Assembly: GCA_951406725.2 (NCBI GenBank)
Contig: OX597816.1
Location: forward strand, 3,596,001-3,660,000
Reading direction: 5' to 3'
DNA: 64,000 bases
Origin: Octopus vulgaris
Lineage: Eukaryota
The number at the start of each line of letters is the position of its first letter. Position 1 is the stretch's first letter. Below are positions 1 to 12,650 of this stretch, piece by piece. A program made the position numbers and the translations under genes. The notes beneath the pieces were generated by a model that searched no databases, was not told where the DNA came from, and saw only the letters and a list, made by a program, of their open reading frames with translations.

Positions 1-40
1 TTGGCCGGTGTATATAGGAGTGTGTGTATGTATATGTGAA

Positions 41-358
41 GGCGCGTGGCTTAGTGGTTAGGGGCATACGGCTCACGATTGTAAGGTCGTGAGTTCAATT
101 CCCGGCGGCCCATTGTGTCCTTGAGCAAGACACTTTCTTTTACATTGCTCCAGTCCACTCAACTGGCAAAAATGAGTAGTACCTTGATTTCAAAGGGGCC
201 AGCCTTGTCAAACTCTGTGTCACTCTGAATCTCCCTGAGAACAACGTTAGGGGTACGCGTGTCTGTGGAGTACTCAGCCACTTGCATGTTAATTTCACGA
301 GCAAGCTGTTCCTTTAATGGTATCAGTTGGGACCCTCGTCGTCGTAACCGACGGAGTA
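41..358 (+). mobile_element. tRNA-derived SINE, family A (CORE-like centre)
   Basis: A box TGGCTTAGTGG, B box GAGTTCAATTCC, CORE-like TGTGTCCTTGAGCAAGACACT, tail ending CCCTCGTCGTCGTAACCGACGGAG; at least 5 copies in the window. Confidence 0.85.
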
Positions 359-505
359 CTCTTATTTTTGACTCTATGTAATTTATGTAAGGATACACGC
401 ACATCACATGCATGTATGTATAAATATATGTATGATTGTATACGTATGTTTATACATGTGTATTGTTACGTATGTGAATTTATACGTGTGTGTATGCAAG
501 TATGC

Positions 506-541
<36 letters not shown>

Positions 542-897
542 CTGTATGTATGCTTATATATGTGGTTGTGTGCTAGCTTGACTGTGTATAGTTGTGTATA
601 TGTCCTTATTTATGTATGTGAACATTGTTCTGTCAGTGTAAAGACATGTTTCGTTGGCTGTCGGGTACGAGTGTATATTTGAGGTGTGCATGTGTGCGTA
701 AGTATGTATGTATGCGTGTGCATGTGTGTATGTATGCATGTGCATGTGCGTATGTGTGTATGTATGCATATATGTTTGTATGTTAATGTGTGCATGTAAG
801 TAATATGTTTGTATGTTAATGTGTGCATGTGAGTATATATATATATGTGTCTATGTGCTGTGCGTGTATGAATTTTTACGTAAGTATGTATGAGTGC

Positions 898-942
<45 letters not shown>

Positions 943-2424
943 GTTGAATTCTGTGCTATAGGTTCCAAAACTGGTTTACAAAACATTTGTTTTAAATATT
1001 TGCATCGTAACCAATAAATTAGAAATATCTGGTTTAATATTCTTTAAAAAATACATCAAAATAAATACACACACACACACACATTGTTACACACACACAC
1101 ATTGTTACACACACATTGTTACACACACACACGTACATTGTTATACACACACACACAACAAAATTTAATCAGTCATTTATGGCAGACCGTGAGTTATTTT
1201 ATGGCGGAACATTTTGTTTTCTTTTATTTCTTATCAAACATTTTACATTAAACGAAATATATTTCTGTTTCCATCAAAACGGAATTAATATGTTTTCGGC
1301 GTCAGACTCAGCCGAAATAGCTTACTGGATAGGGTTTGTATCCGGTTATTGATCTACCGTATCGATAATTCACTCCCCATCCCATAGTTAGGAACAATTA
1401 ACTAACACTGGATCAATTGTCTGTGAGAAACGAAAGACGGACGTTGGGTCCGTGTGTCTCTCTTACGTCAGGGGTGCAGCGAGAAACAAAAACATTAGCG
1501 CAATGAATAACGGATGTTTCAAGCGTTACGGAATCATCGAAGGCGATGCAGTGTTCCTCTAGTATTCAGATTCTGACCGGAATTCCTCAAAAAGATCCGC
1601 AGTCATTCTAAGACGGCGAATCGGTTGAACCATTAGAACAGCGGATTAGATATTTTGGTCGCTTTGTTGCAGATCTTTCTTTAGGTTACACGTTCAATTC
1701 CTGCTGAGGTCAACTTCGCCCTTCAACCTTTTGAGGTTGACAAAATAATGTAACAGTGTTAGAGTGTTTGAAAAAAAAGAAAATGGTTTACCGTATTTGT
1801 TCTAAATCTTTACGTTCTGAGTTCAAACCCCACTGTGGTCAACTTTCGTCTTTTATCCTTTCGAAGAAGGAGGAGGAGGAGAAGACGACGACGAAGAAGA
1901 AGAAGAAGATATGAATAAAGATATTTAGGCTATGACCGTTGTCTTTCTTTTCCAATTTAGAGTACCCTGAAGTACATTATTATCTAGTGTATCCCGAAGT
2001 AAATTATTTAGAGTTCTAAAAAAACAAAAACAAAAAAACAGCAGAATGAGGTTTGAGAGAGATTTGGCTGCTATTTCTAGCAGGTCGACCACCCACGTAG
2101 GCGACCCAAGTTGGATCGGAATAAATATCTGCCATATTGGATATAAATGACTGGCGTTGATTGATTCAAGAGATTTATCTCTCATTTTATGGCGAGATAG
2201 CTTTGTATGTGGCCATTAAAAGGAGGATCTATCTGATGAATATTGTTAATGACAAGATTATTAATTAAATCGGTTAATTAAAATATGTGTGACTATCAAT
2301 ACGATCTTATCTGATTAGGTAGGATATTAGTGTTGTTACGAATATTCCATAGTTATATAAATAGAATGTGTTATTGTGACCCGTGTAAGAGCTATCATTT
2401 TTGGTAGGGTAACTATTAGAGTGT

Positions 2425-2705
2425 AGAGGCACATGGCCTAGTGGTTATAGCAGCGGACTAACGATCGCGGGATCGCGGGTTCAAATCTCAGACCGGGAGG
2501 TGTGGGTTTATGAGCGAAACACCTAAGCTCCTTGCGGCAGAAGGTAATGGAGAACGTCTGCTGACTCTTTCTCTGCAGAACTTTCTCTCACTCTTTCCTC
2601 CTGCATCAAGCAGCTCACCCGAGACGGTGGGGAACCCATACGTCAATGAAACCGGGAAACCGGCCCTTATGAGCCAGGCATGGTTCGAGAAGGAACAAAC
2701 AACAC
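2425..2705 (+). mobile_element. tRNA-derived SINE, family D head with tail type 3
   Basis: TGGCCTAGTGG and GGTTCAAATC boxes; homologous to the 16470-16770 copy; TATTAGAG on both flanks (2414-2421, 2709-2716). Confidence 0.8.
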
Positions 2706-2717
2706 AATTATTAGAGA

Positions 2718-3116
2718 CATAAAGGTGTCGAGCTGGTAGAATCGTTAGCACGCCGGGCGAAATGCTTAGCGGTATTTCGTCTGCCGCTACGTTCTGAGTT
2801 CAAATTCCGCCGAGGTCGACAATGTCTTTCATCTTTTCGGGGTCGATTAAATAAGTACCAGTTACGCACTGGTGTTGATATAATCGACCTAATCCGTTTG
2901 TCTGTCCTTGTTTGTCCCCTCTGTGTTTAGCCCTTTGAGGGTAGTAAAGAAATAGGTATTTTTTCTGACGCTACGTTCTGAGTTCAAATTCCACCGAGGT
3001 CGACTTTGCTTTTTATATTTTTGAGGTCGATAAATTAAGCACCAGTTGAGTACTGGGGTCGATGTAATCGACTAGCATCCTCTTCAAATTTCAGGCTTTG
3101 GGCCTATATTTGAAAG
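2718..3116 (+). mobile_element. SINE family C with partial internal tandem duplication
   Basis: Head GAGCTGGTAGAATCGTTAGC...GAGTTCAAATTCC; central TTTCATCTTTTCGGGGTCGAT..AAGTACC (Meta-domain-like, from memory); 12-bp TSD AATTATTAGAGA at 2706-2717 and 3117-3128. Confidence 0.8.
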
Positions 3117-3149
3117 AATTATTAGAGAAATAGTGGAATGAAGTATGAA

Positions 3150-3452
3150 GGCGTGTGGCTTGGTGGTTAGGGGTACTCGGCTCTTGATTGTAAGGTTGTG
3201 AGTTCAATTCCCGGCAGTGCGTTGTGTATCTTGAGCAAGACACTTTATTTCACGTTGCTCCAGCCCACACAGCTGGCAAAAATGAGTTGTACCTGTAATT
3301 CAAAGGGGGCTAGTCCTATCACACTCTGTACCTCGCAGAATCTCCCTGAGAACTACATTAAGGAGACACGTATCTGTGGAGTACTCAACCACTTGCACGT
3401 TAATTTCACGAGCAGGCTGTTCCATTGATCAGATCAACTGGGACTCCTCGTT
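3150..3452 (+). mobile_element. SINE family A
   Basis: Colinear with 41-358. Confidence 0.85.
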
Positions 3453-3479
3453 ACTTTGTCGATTCCACCATTCACCGCA

Positions 3480-3820
3480 TTCTATTTACTTAATCTATTT
3501 ATCAGTCACTTCTGCCCAACTGCTATGTTACGGGAACGTAAACAAACCAATACCGGTACCGGTTGTCAAGCGTTGGAGGAACAATCATTAACACAAACAC
3601 GCATGCTCGCACATACACACACTCACACATACACACACACACACACACATGTACGACGGGCTCTTACACAGTTTCTGTCTACCAAGTTCGCTGACAAGGC
3701 ACTAGTCGGTCTGGAGCTGTAGTGGAAGACCCTTGCTCAATGTGCCGCGCATTGGGACGGAACTTGAAACCGCTTGGCTTCAAACGACGACCTCCTTAAC
3801 CACACAGCCATGCCTGCACT
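3480..3820 (-). mobile_element. Diverged SINE family B
   Basis: Diverged reverse match to 56788-57192, with internal (CA)n. Confidence 0.7.
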
Positions 3821-4029
3821 TAATGTAGTCATAAATACATTTTGATTAATTGTTAATAAAATGGGGGTTGTTCAGAGCTGGACCATTTTTGGACAACCAG
3901 GGGTGACCTAGGGCTAAAGCACAGCAGAAACTTTACTCTTCCTCTACACTTTAATGTTTAAACAGTAAAACTAATATATATATAATACTGGAACCCCATC
4001 CACCAAATATCAGCTGATTTATAGTGATC

Positions 4030-4103
<74 letters not shown>

Positions 4104-4328
4104 ACTGCAATTCTGACTCATATTGATAGAAAAACATACAAAATGGAATGGAAATGGTCAGAAGGAAGATTGATGGATGTTCTGATAGCCGTGTATGGTA
4201 ATTGATCAATACTTTCATACATGCGTTCATACATACACACACACACATATATATAATATACACACGTACATGCATACGCACACATATTCATGCATACACA
4301 CACACACACCTATGCATGTATGTATGCG

Positions 4329-4429
<101 letters not shown>

Positions 4430-5259
4430 GTGCCATTGGCTTTACGAATGGGTATATAATTAACTTTTCTTATTTACATATATATATATTCATAATAGTC
4501 TGAAATAACCAAACATATTCAATATATTTTCTCATGAGTAATTCCTCTCCCACACGCAATGTGGATAGCAGAGCAAAGAACAGCCAATCATATCCACTAC
4601 ACCACCTGCTTTTCCGTACATGGTTCTTTATTTTATTCTGAAGCGCAGTGCCGTTGTGCCATTTTCAAAGAGAAGAGCGGCACCCCAACGACTGTCAATG
4701 GTTCGCATTTGGTTAACCTCTGCTCTTTCACTTAGCTGGGAGCTGCTTCCAGGTTTATGACCGAAGCGATAAAGTCGGTACTGGAAGATGTGTCATAACA
4801 AGAGACATCCCAGACGGTTGATTTGCTTGTCTCCAATGGGGAAAAGATGAAACCATCCGGACACCTGTTGTTGTCATAGTCGAGGCCAACAAACTCTAGA
4901 TGTAGCAGGGTAACCGGAAGATTCAAGACCTCTTTTAATAACATGGTTCAGTGAGGTGTGACAATAAAACGTACAACGTTGTGATGAGCAGAGAACTGGT
5001 ACAATCCGAACTCGATCACTGTAGCTCCGCTCCGCAACGGAATATTTGTAACCCATACACGCAGGGACCGAGACACATGGCAACTCTGATGCAAGAGAAA
5101 GGTGCAAGTCAACGGAGAGAACTACTGTTTGACTTCTAAGCAGTGAAGCATTTGGGGAGACTCGGTTAGACGAGAGATGAGTGGATCCTCAAAATGGTCG
5201 AACAGAAAATCGCGATAAACAAGCAAAGCGATCATAGTTTTAAAATAGAGAACTCAGTC

Positions 5260-5642
5260 TAAGGCGGCGATCTGGCAGAATTGTTTGCATGCCGGATGAA
5301 ATGTTTAGCCGTATTTCGTCTGTCTTTACGTTCTGAGTTCAGATTCCGCCTTTCATCCTTTCGAGGTCGATAAAATAAGTACCAGATGCGTACTGGCGTC
5401 AATCTAATCGACTGGCGCCCTCCCCTCCAAATTTTGGGCCTTGTGCCTAGAGTAGAAAAGAATTTTTCGCATGCCGGAAGAAATGTTTAGTCACATTTTG
5501 TCTGTCTTTATGTTCTGAGTTCAGATTCCACCGAGGTCGACTTTGCCTTTCATCCTATCGAAGTACCCGCTAAACACTAGGGTCGATGAAATCAACTTTC
5601 CCCTTCCTCGAATTTGCTGGCGTTCTGCCAAGACTTGAAACC
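5260..5642 (+). mobile_element. SINE family C, two partial tandem units
   Basis: AAGGCGGCGATCTGGCAGAA head; GTTCTGAGTTCAGATTCC occurs twice. Confidence 0.75.
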
Positions 5643-5763
5643 AACGCAAAGTTCAGTCGTTAGTTTTAAGGAGAAAATATCCTCCGACTGCATCGTCTAA
5701 ACTCTCCATCATCCACCATCCACCAAAATAATTCACTTGTTCCATTGGCGTTATTTCTAGCAT

Positions 5764-6153
5764 ATGGAGGCGCAATGGCCCAGTGGTTAGGGCAGCGGAC
5801 TCGCAGTCATAGGATCGCGGTTTCGATTCCCAGACCGGGCGTTGTGAGTGTTTATTGAGCGAAAACACCTAAGGCTCCACGAGGCTCCTGCAGGGGATGG
5901 TGGTGATCCCTGCTGTACTCTTTCACCACAACTTTCTCTCACTCTTACTTCCTGTTTCTGTTGTACCTGTATTTCAAGGGGCCGGCCTTGTCACTCTCTG
6001 TGTCACGCTGAATATCCCCGAGAACTACGTTAAGGGTACACGTGTCTGTGGAGTGCTCAGCCACTTACACGTTAATTTCACGAGCAGGCTGTTCCGTTGA
6101 TTCGGATCAACCGGAACCCTCGTCGTCGTAACCGACGGAGTGCTTCCATCACC
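5764..6153 (+). mobile_element. Chimeric SINE: family D head/body with family A tail
   Basis: TGGCCCAGTGG and GTTTCGATTCC boxes; 3' half matches the family A tail; 11-bp TSD ATTTCTAGCAT at 5753-5763 and 6154-6164. Confidence 0.88.
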
Positions 6154-6547
6154 ATTTCTAGCATGCTTGTTTTCGATCTCAAACACAAGAAAGAAAGAAA
6201 GAGTTTCTGTTTACTTGCTGCAGGGCAAACTCTCATTAGTTCAGCTCATTATATTTCGTGTGGGAGATCCTACCGCGTAAGTATTTAGTATGCAGGGCCG
6301 AGGACGCCTTTGCCACGAAGAACGACTTTCTGCCATATTGGTTGATAATGCTTGTCACTTCGATTATTATCGGAGAGATTAGAGAAGAAGAGACAGAAAA
6401 CTAGTCTCCAAAACGGTCTGTTCGTCGTCAGACATCGTTTCGCTATACGAAGTCGGACATACTGATGTTACGTATTTAATAAGGGTGGAGAAGGGGAATA
6501 GCAAAATAAGATATAAACATTGAAGAATGTGCATAGATAGGAAAACG

Positions 6548-6590
<43 letters not shown>

Positions 6591-7741
6591 GAAATAGTAA
6601 AGATTGTGGTGAGATATGATTGTTGTGATGATGAAGATGGTGGGAAAGATGGCACGGTGTTTTCCTCACTGATAACATAGAACAGATAACAGTTATTTCA
6701 GTTTTAATGAAACACAGAATTTATTCATTAAATGAACAATGATAATAATAATAATAATAATAATAATAAATGTGACTCCTGAGTTGTGTGTATGTCTATA
6801 AGAATGCGGCCATGCATGCATGTGCTGATACACGTGCGCAAATGCTCGCAGACATTTATACATACATGCACAATTATACATGCATACTTTCATATACACT
6901 CACATTTACAGTTATATTATCATTCTGCTTATATTAGTATTTCTCAGTGTAGACAGTAATACCCTCTTGTGAACACCTAGAGGAATCTTAGACAATAGCG
7001 TACCACTTCGTCAAACTGCAGTTGGTATATGACTTTAGCGCTCCTGGAATGAATGTTTTCTTTTGACGCTGTGCTGTGGATAACTTGCTTGTCATTGGAG
7101 ATATTTTTAATGCCACTAGGAATTATATATTGCAGCATCGTTAGTATTTGAGCTGTTGTAGCGCTAATGTTATTTCAGTTGTTGCTAATTTTCGGATTAT
7201 TCTTGTTAATGTTGTTTAATACGAGGGCGTGTGACTACATCGTATCGTTTAGAAAGTTTGTCGTTTAATAACAACAAAATTCAACAACAAAAATTTTAAA
7301 GATATCATCACACATGCTCTTTCATCTTTAAAAAAAAATGATAACACGAAATTTAAAACAAAAACACAAAAAATGAGCTACGAAGCACTACAAAAATCTC
7401 TTAATTGCTCCAAAAATATTGCTGGTGACAAGCAAGCTGGTCTTTATGTTCCACTAGTTTTAATCTCATCTTAAAATCAATGCCTCCTAAAACAGAATTA
7501 GTTGATAATAAATTAATTAAATCTGTAGCAGGATGAAAGTAAACAATCTTAGTGAAGAAGATTAAAATGATTGAGCGGAGACTATTGACTTTCTAGCAGT
7601 TCATATGCAGCTAATTGCCCAGGTAATGCTGAAATTGGTTGACCTTAGCAATCAGTATGAACTATATTAAAGGGTTCTCGTTTGAACTGTTCTAGTCGTT
7701 GGTGCTTTTGTAATTGCATATTGACAGTCCATCGGTGGCAA

Positions 7742-8446
7742 CGGCGACGACGGGGGTTCCAGTTGATCCGATCAACGGAGCAGTCTTTTCGCGAAATTAA
7801 CGTGTAAGTGGCTGAGCATTTCACAGACACGCGTAGCCTATACTTAACTAGCAGTATCGCCCGGCGTTGCTCGGGTTTGTAAGGGAAATAACTATTTAAG
7901 CATTTTTAGAGATGTAAAGTATAATAGCCATCTCAATATGGCTAACCACAAAGGGGGGGCGGTGTTACTGTAGCTTTTTACGTTCTGAGATTTAATAATA
8001 AATTTTTAGAGAGTTACTTCCCTTATATATGCCAAAAATGCATTAAAAATGGGAAAAAATGATGGTAAATTTTTTTTTAAATCGTAGACTCATCGTAGAC
8101 GCGCGCTAATACCCAGAAGGGCTCGATATGAATCACGACTATAAGATACCCGGTTTTTGTTAAACTGCACCGCAAAATGTGGGAGTAGTTAGGAATCTAA
8201 ATCGTAGGAGACAGACAGCACACAACCTCTCTTTTATATATAAAGATTTTCAGGGAAATTGAGCGCAACACAGGACATGACAAGGCTGGCCCCCTTTGAA
8301 TTACTGGTACAATTCATTTTTGCCAGCTGAGTGGATTGGATCAACGTGAAATAAAGTGTCTCGCTCAGAGACAAAACGCGTCGCCGGTTCTCGAACTCAC
8401 GACCTTATGATCCTCAGCCGAATGCCCTAACCCCTAAGCCACGCGC
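7742..8446 (-). mobile_element. SINE family A interrupted by a non-autonomous Helitron
   Basis: The two SINE halves flank 7848-8246. Confidence 0.8.
7848..8246 (-). mobile_element. Non-autonomous Helitron, about 400 bp
   Basis: On the minus strand: 5' TC, subterminal hairpin CCCGAGCAACGCCGGG, 3' CTAG; inserted between A and T with no TSD; near-identical copies at 24938 and 50183. Confidence 0.9.
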
Positions 8447-8579
8447 TTTCCCCGTTGCATACACATTTCCTCCTGTGGTGTAATCCTATAAATGCAAACT
8501 CTAATTGCTTCACACTATGTCTTCGAACCTGATATTCTTTTCTACTCAAGGGACAATGCCTGAAATTTTGGAGAACGGG

Positions 8580-9490
8580 GGTGGGGGGACAGTAGATTAG
8601 ATCGACCTCAGTACGCAACTGGTACTTAATTTATCGACCCCGAAAGGACGAAACGCAAAGTCGACCTCGGCGGAATTTGAACTCAGAACGTAAAGACAGA
8701 CGAAATATCTATTTCTTTACTACCCACAAGGGGCTAAACACAGAGAGGACAAACAAGGACAGACAAACGGATTAAGTCGATTACATCGACCCCAGTGCGT
8801 AACTGGTACTTAATTTATCGACCTCGAAAGGATGAAAGGCAAAGTCGACCTCAGCGGAATTTGAACTCAGAACGTAAAGACAGACGAAATATCTATTTCT
8901 TTGCTACCCACAAGGGGCTAAACACAGAGAGGACAAACAAGGAGACACAAACGGATTAAGTCGATTACATCGACCCCAGTGCATAACTGGTACTTAATTT
9001 ATCGACCTCGAAAGGATGAAAGGCAAAGTCAACCTCGGCGGAATTTGAACTCAGAACGTAAAGACACGAAATATCTATTTCTTTACTATCCACAAGGGGC
9101 TAAACACAGAGGACAAACAAGGAGACACAAACGGATTAAGTCGATTACATCGACCCCAGTGTATAACTGGTACTTAATTTATCGACCTCGAAAGGATGAA
9201 AGGCAAAGTCGACCTCGGCGGAATTTGAACTCAGAACGTAAAGACAGACGAAATATCTATTTCTTTACTACCCACAAGGGGCTAAACATAGAGAGGACAA
9301 ACAAGGACAGACATAGGTATTAAGTCGATTACATCGACCCCAGTGCGTAACTGGTACTTAATTTATCGACCCCGAAAGGATGAAAGGCAAAGTCAGCCTC
9401 GGCGGAATTTGAACTCAGAACGTAGCGGCAGACGAAGTACGGCTACGCATTTCGCCCGGCGTGCTAACCACTCTGCCAGAACGCCGCCTT
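8580..9490 (-). repeat. Tandem array of SINE family C units (period about 182 bp)
   Basis: CGAAATATCTATTTC recurs at 8701, 8885, 9067 and 9249; a single head at about 9430-9490. Confidence 0.9.
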
Positions 9491-9794
9491 GAACATTAAA
9501 CTTGATATTAATATAAAAATGATCATCAGACTCAACAGACTCGTTAATTTATAGAAATTATTTAATGATTTCCCCTCCCCACATTAAAAGCATTAAATTT
9601 CCTCGATTTTGTTTTGCGGTTATCAATCCTGGTTAAAAATAATTCTATATCAAAGCTACAGTTTAAATATATATTTACGTGTATCTAAGATTACTGCATT
9701 TTAAATTACACATATCTGTAAATACATTGATGCTTACTTTCAGACTACGGACTTATCAGCTGCATTTCTAAATTATTAGGTTCTGAACTATTAT

Positions 9795-10030
9795 AAGGCG
9801 TCGAGTTGGCAGAAACGTTAGAACGCCGGGCGAAATGCGTAGCCGTATTTCGTCTGCCATTACGTTCTGAGTTCAAATTCCGCCGAGGTCGACTTTGCCT
9901 TTCATCATTTTGGGGTCGATAAATTAAGTACCAGTTACGCATTGGAGTCGATATAATCGGCTTAAACCGTTTGCCTGTCCTTGTTTGTCCTCTCTGTGTT
10001 TAGCCTCTTGTGAGCAATAAAGAAATAGGT
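9795..10030 (+). mobile_element. SINE family C
   Basis: Full head-to-tail match to 56109-56340. Confidence 0.85.
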
Positions 10031-10261
10031 TATGAAATACTATAGAGGTGCATGGGACTGTGGATGAAATGTTGGATTTACGATTACAAGACTGTTGGTT
10101 CGATTCCGGAACTGAGCAGCATGTTATGTCCTTGACTAAGACCTTTTTTCTTGTGTGCTCAGTTGAGAAACGAGTACCAAACAAGTTCCGGTGTTGCACC
10201 ATCCTCTCTTTCTCTGTTCAGCGGTCATGTTTCAGAAGTTAAACTGCTTCAAAGAGGGCTT

Positions 10262-10476
10262 AGAGCAACTTTTTGGCTGTGAACCCCTTTGGTCCCCCGT
10301 GGCCATTTGATGTTAAAAAAGATCTCATATTTTTATAATTAGATATTGTGAGGAATTGTATAAAAAAATTACCAAATATTTTGCGTGTTGTAAAAGTATA
10401 ACCGGACATCAGTTTTAACAACAAAAAAATTATATGGGCCCCAAGGTTCATATTGACCCCACCAGAGAACCACTGC
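10262..10476. mobile_element. hAT (Charlie-like) MITE remnant
   Basis: Right end GAGAACCACTG (reverse complement CAGTGGTTCTC) next to CCTAGAG; CTTAGAG on the left; left TIR decayed. Confidence 0.5.
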
Positions 10477-10642
10477 CCTAGAGTTCGTCTAGAACACAGG
10501 CTCCCCAAAACAGAAAGCATGGCACTCGCTTTTTATCCTTCCTTCCAAAGTGCTGGCCTTGTGTTAAAATTTGAAAGTGAAATAATGCTGTTATCATTGA
10601 ATAGAAACTCAATAAAACTCTTCACAGGATGAAGAGTTCTTT

Positions 10643-10834
10643 TATCTTTTGTTTCGGTCTTTGGATTACGACCATACTGGAGCACGGCCTTTAAGAGTTT
10701 AATCGATCAAATCGACCCCAGCACAAACGCTTTTATTAAGTTTGCTACTTATTCTATCGGTTTCTTTTGTCGAGCCGCTAGTTTATGTAGTTTAACAAAC
10801 TAAAACCGGCTTCCAAACAGTGGGAGCAGACAAA

Positions 10835-10923
<89 letters not shown>

Positions 10924-11085
10924 ATATATCGGCGGGCTTCCGCACAATTTTTGTCTTACCAACTTCATGCAAAGGGCATAAGTTTGTCCGGTGCTGTAGT
11001 AGAAGACACTTGTCCAAGACATCGCGCATTGGGGCTGAATCTGAAATGAGGTGGCTTCAAAGCGAACTTATTAACCACGCAGTCA
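10643..11085 (-). mobile_element. Diverged SINE family B with internal (TA)n
   Basis: Reverse match to family B. Confidence 0.7.
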
Positions 11086-11290
11086 TTTCTTGTTAATCAT
11101 GGAATCAAGATGAGATATTACTCTGTTACACTTTGGTAGAAGAAACCCAACGTGGTTTAGGCTGAGAGACAAAGAGACTTGCTCAAGGACCGTGTCGCCC
11201 AGTCGGGAATTGATCGCACGTTCTTAAGATTGCAGGACCAACACTTTAACCATTAGGTTATGCGCACTGCAGTAATTAGTAACCCAAGAA

Positions 11291-11608
11291 GGCGCGTGGC
11301 TCAGCGGTTTGGCGATTCCGCTTCAGATTGTAAGATCGTGAGATCGATTCCCGGCAGCGTGTTGTGTCCTTGGGCAAGGCACTTTGTTCCACGTTGCTCC
11401 AGTCCGCCCAGCTGGCAAAAATGAGTTGTACCTGTGATTCGAAAGGGGCCAGCTTTGTGATATTTTGTCTCGCTGAAATTCTCTGAGACTTATGTTAAGA
11501 TTATGCGTGTCCGTGGAGAGCTCAGCCACTTGCACGTTAAATTCAAGAGCAGGCTGTTCCATCGAGCGGATCAACTGGAACCCTCGTCGTCGTAAGCGAC
11601 GGAATACC
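11291..11608 (+). mobile_element. SINE family A
   Basis: Colinear with 41-358. Confidence 0.85.
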
Positions 11609-12094
11609 ATTTACTTTCTAAATGATTCAAAATGTAAGGCATGAATTGATAAACTCCTGAGTTTAATTTGCATAACAAAGAATGTTTAGGCAACGTGCTT
11701 TAATTAACTGAGTCAGAGAACGCTACGCAATGTTTTTTGGCAAATTTAAAATGCTAGGTAGAATTTTGTTTTAGTAAACATACAATTGTTTACTTTATAC
11801 AGCCTCACAGTTTAAAGGAAACAAATCGGTTGCGCCACAGATTTTATCTATTAAACAAGATGGCTACATCTCATGTTTTATCTGTTACAGAATGTATATC
11901 TTACATTCGAAATTATCCAAAACAGCTGTGTAGTGCAATATGAATGAATGAATTAACCACCGTTATCAGCAACAGTATGTAAATTAGATGGATCAGCTTA
12001 GTTAGAAACTCTGCTTTAATCTCTCTCTTCTTTACTCTTCGCAGGAAAACTAATATTGGATATTTATCTAAAAACATTATACGTCACTCCTCCC

Positions 12095-12248
<154 letters not shown>

Positions 12249-12650
12249 CATATATATATATATAATAATCCCACTAGTCTTTATTAACTATGGAAGACTA
12301 GTGGGATTATTATTTGGACTTAAAGATTCGTTGCTATTTAGTATATAATTTAGTTATTGTAGGTTAACTATTGATACCGATACAGATTGACATAGATTCA
12401 TGTGTTTCTTGTAGTTTAATTTTAAAGCTAGTGTTTAATCCTGCCTATAATTAGATTGAATGAATGTGGTAATTAAGCTTTCACTTTTATATTATACTAT
12501 GGAAGACTGTAGGTAATATTTTTTGTATGACTTAAAGGTTTGGTTTCTGTTTAGTTACGTATTTAGGAATTGGTTATAGATTTACTTATTGGATTTAATT
12601 ACTGTCTCATTTTATTTTACATATACATGCTCACACAATCCCTGCATATA

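Noticed and set aside
41-115. tRNA genes at SINE heads
   Set aside because: A and B boxes are present but there is no complete cloverleaf, and each continues into a SINE body
4600-5240. Possible exon or L1/Tx1 ORF1 relic
   Set aside because: Coding-like composition, but reading frames are short and I see no motif I can assign confidently
8580-9490. CRISPR-like array
   Set aside because: Whole units repeat with no unique spacers; SINE-derived, eukaryotic context
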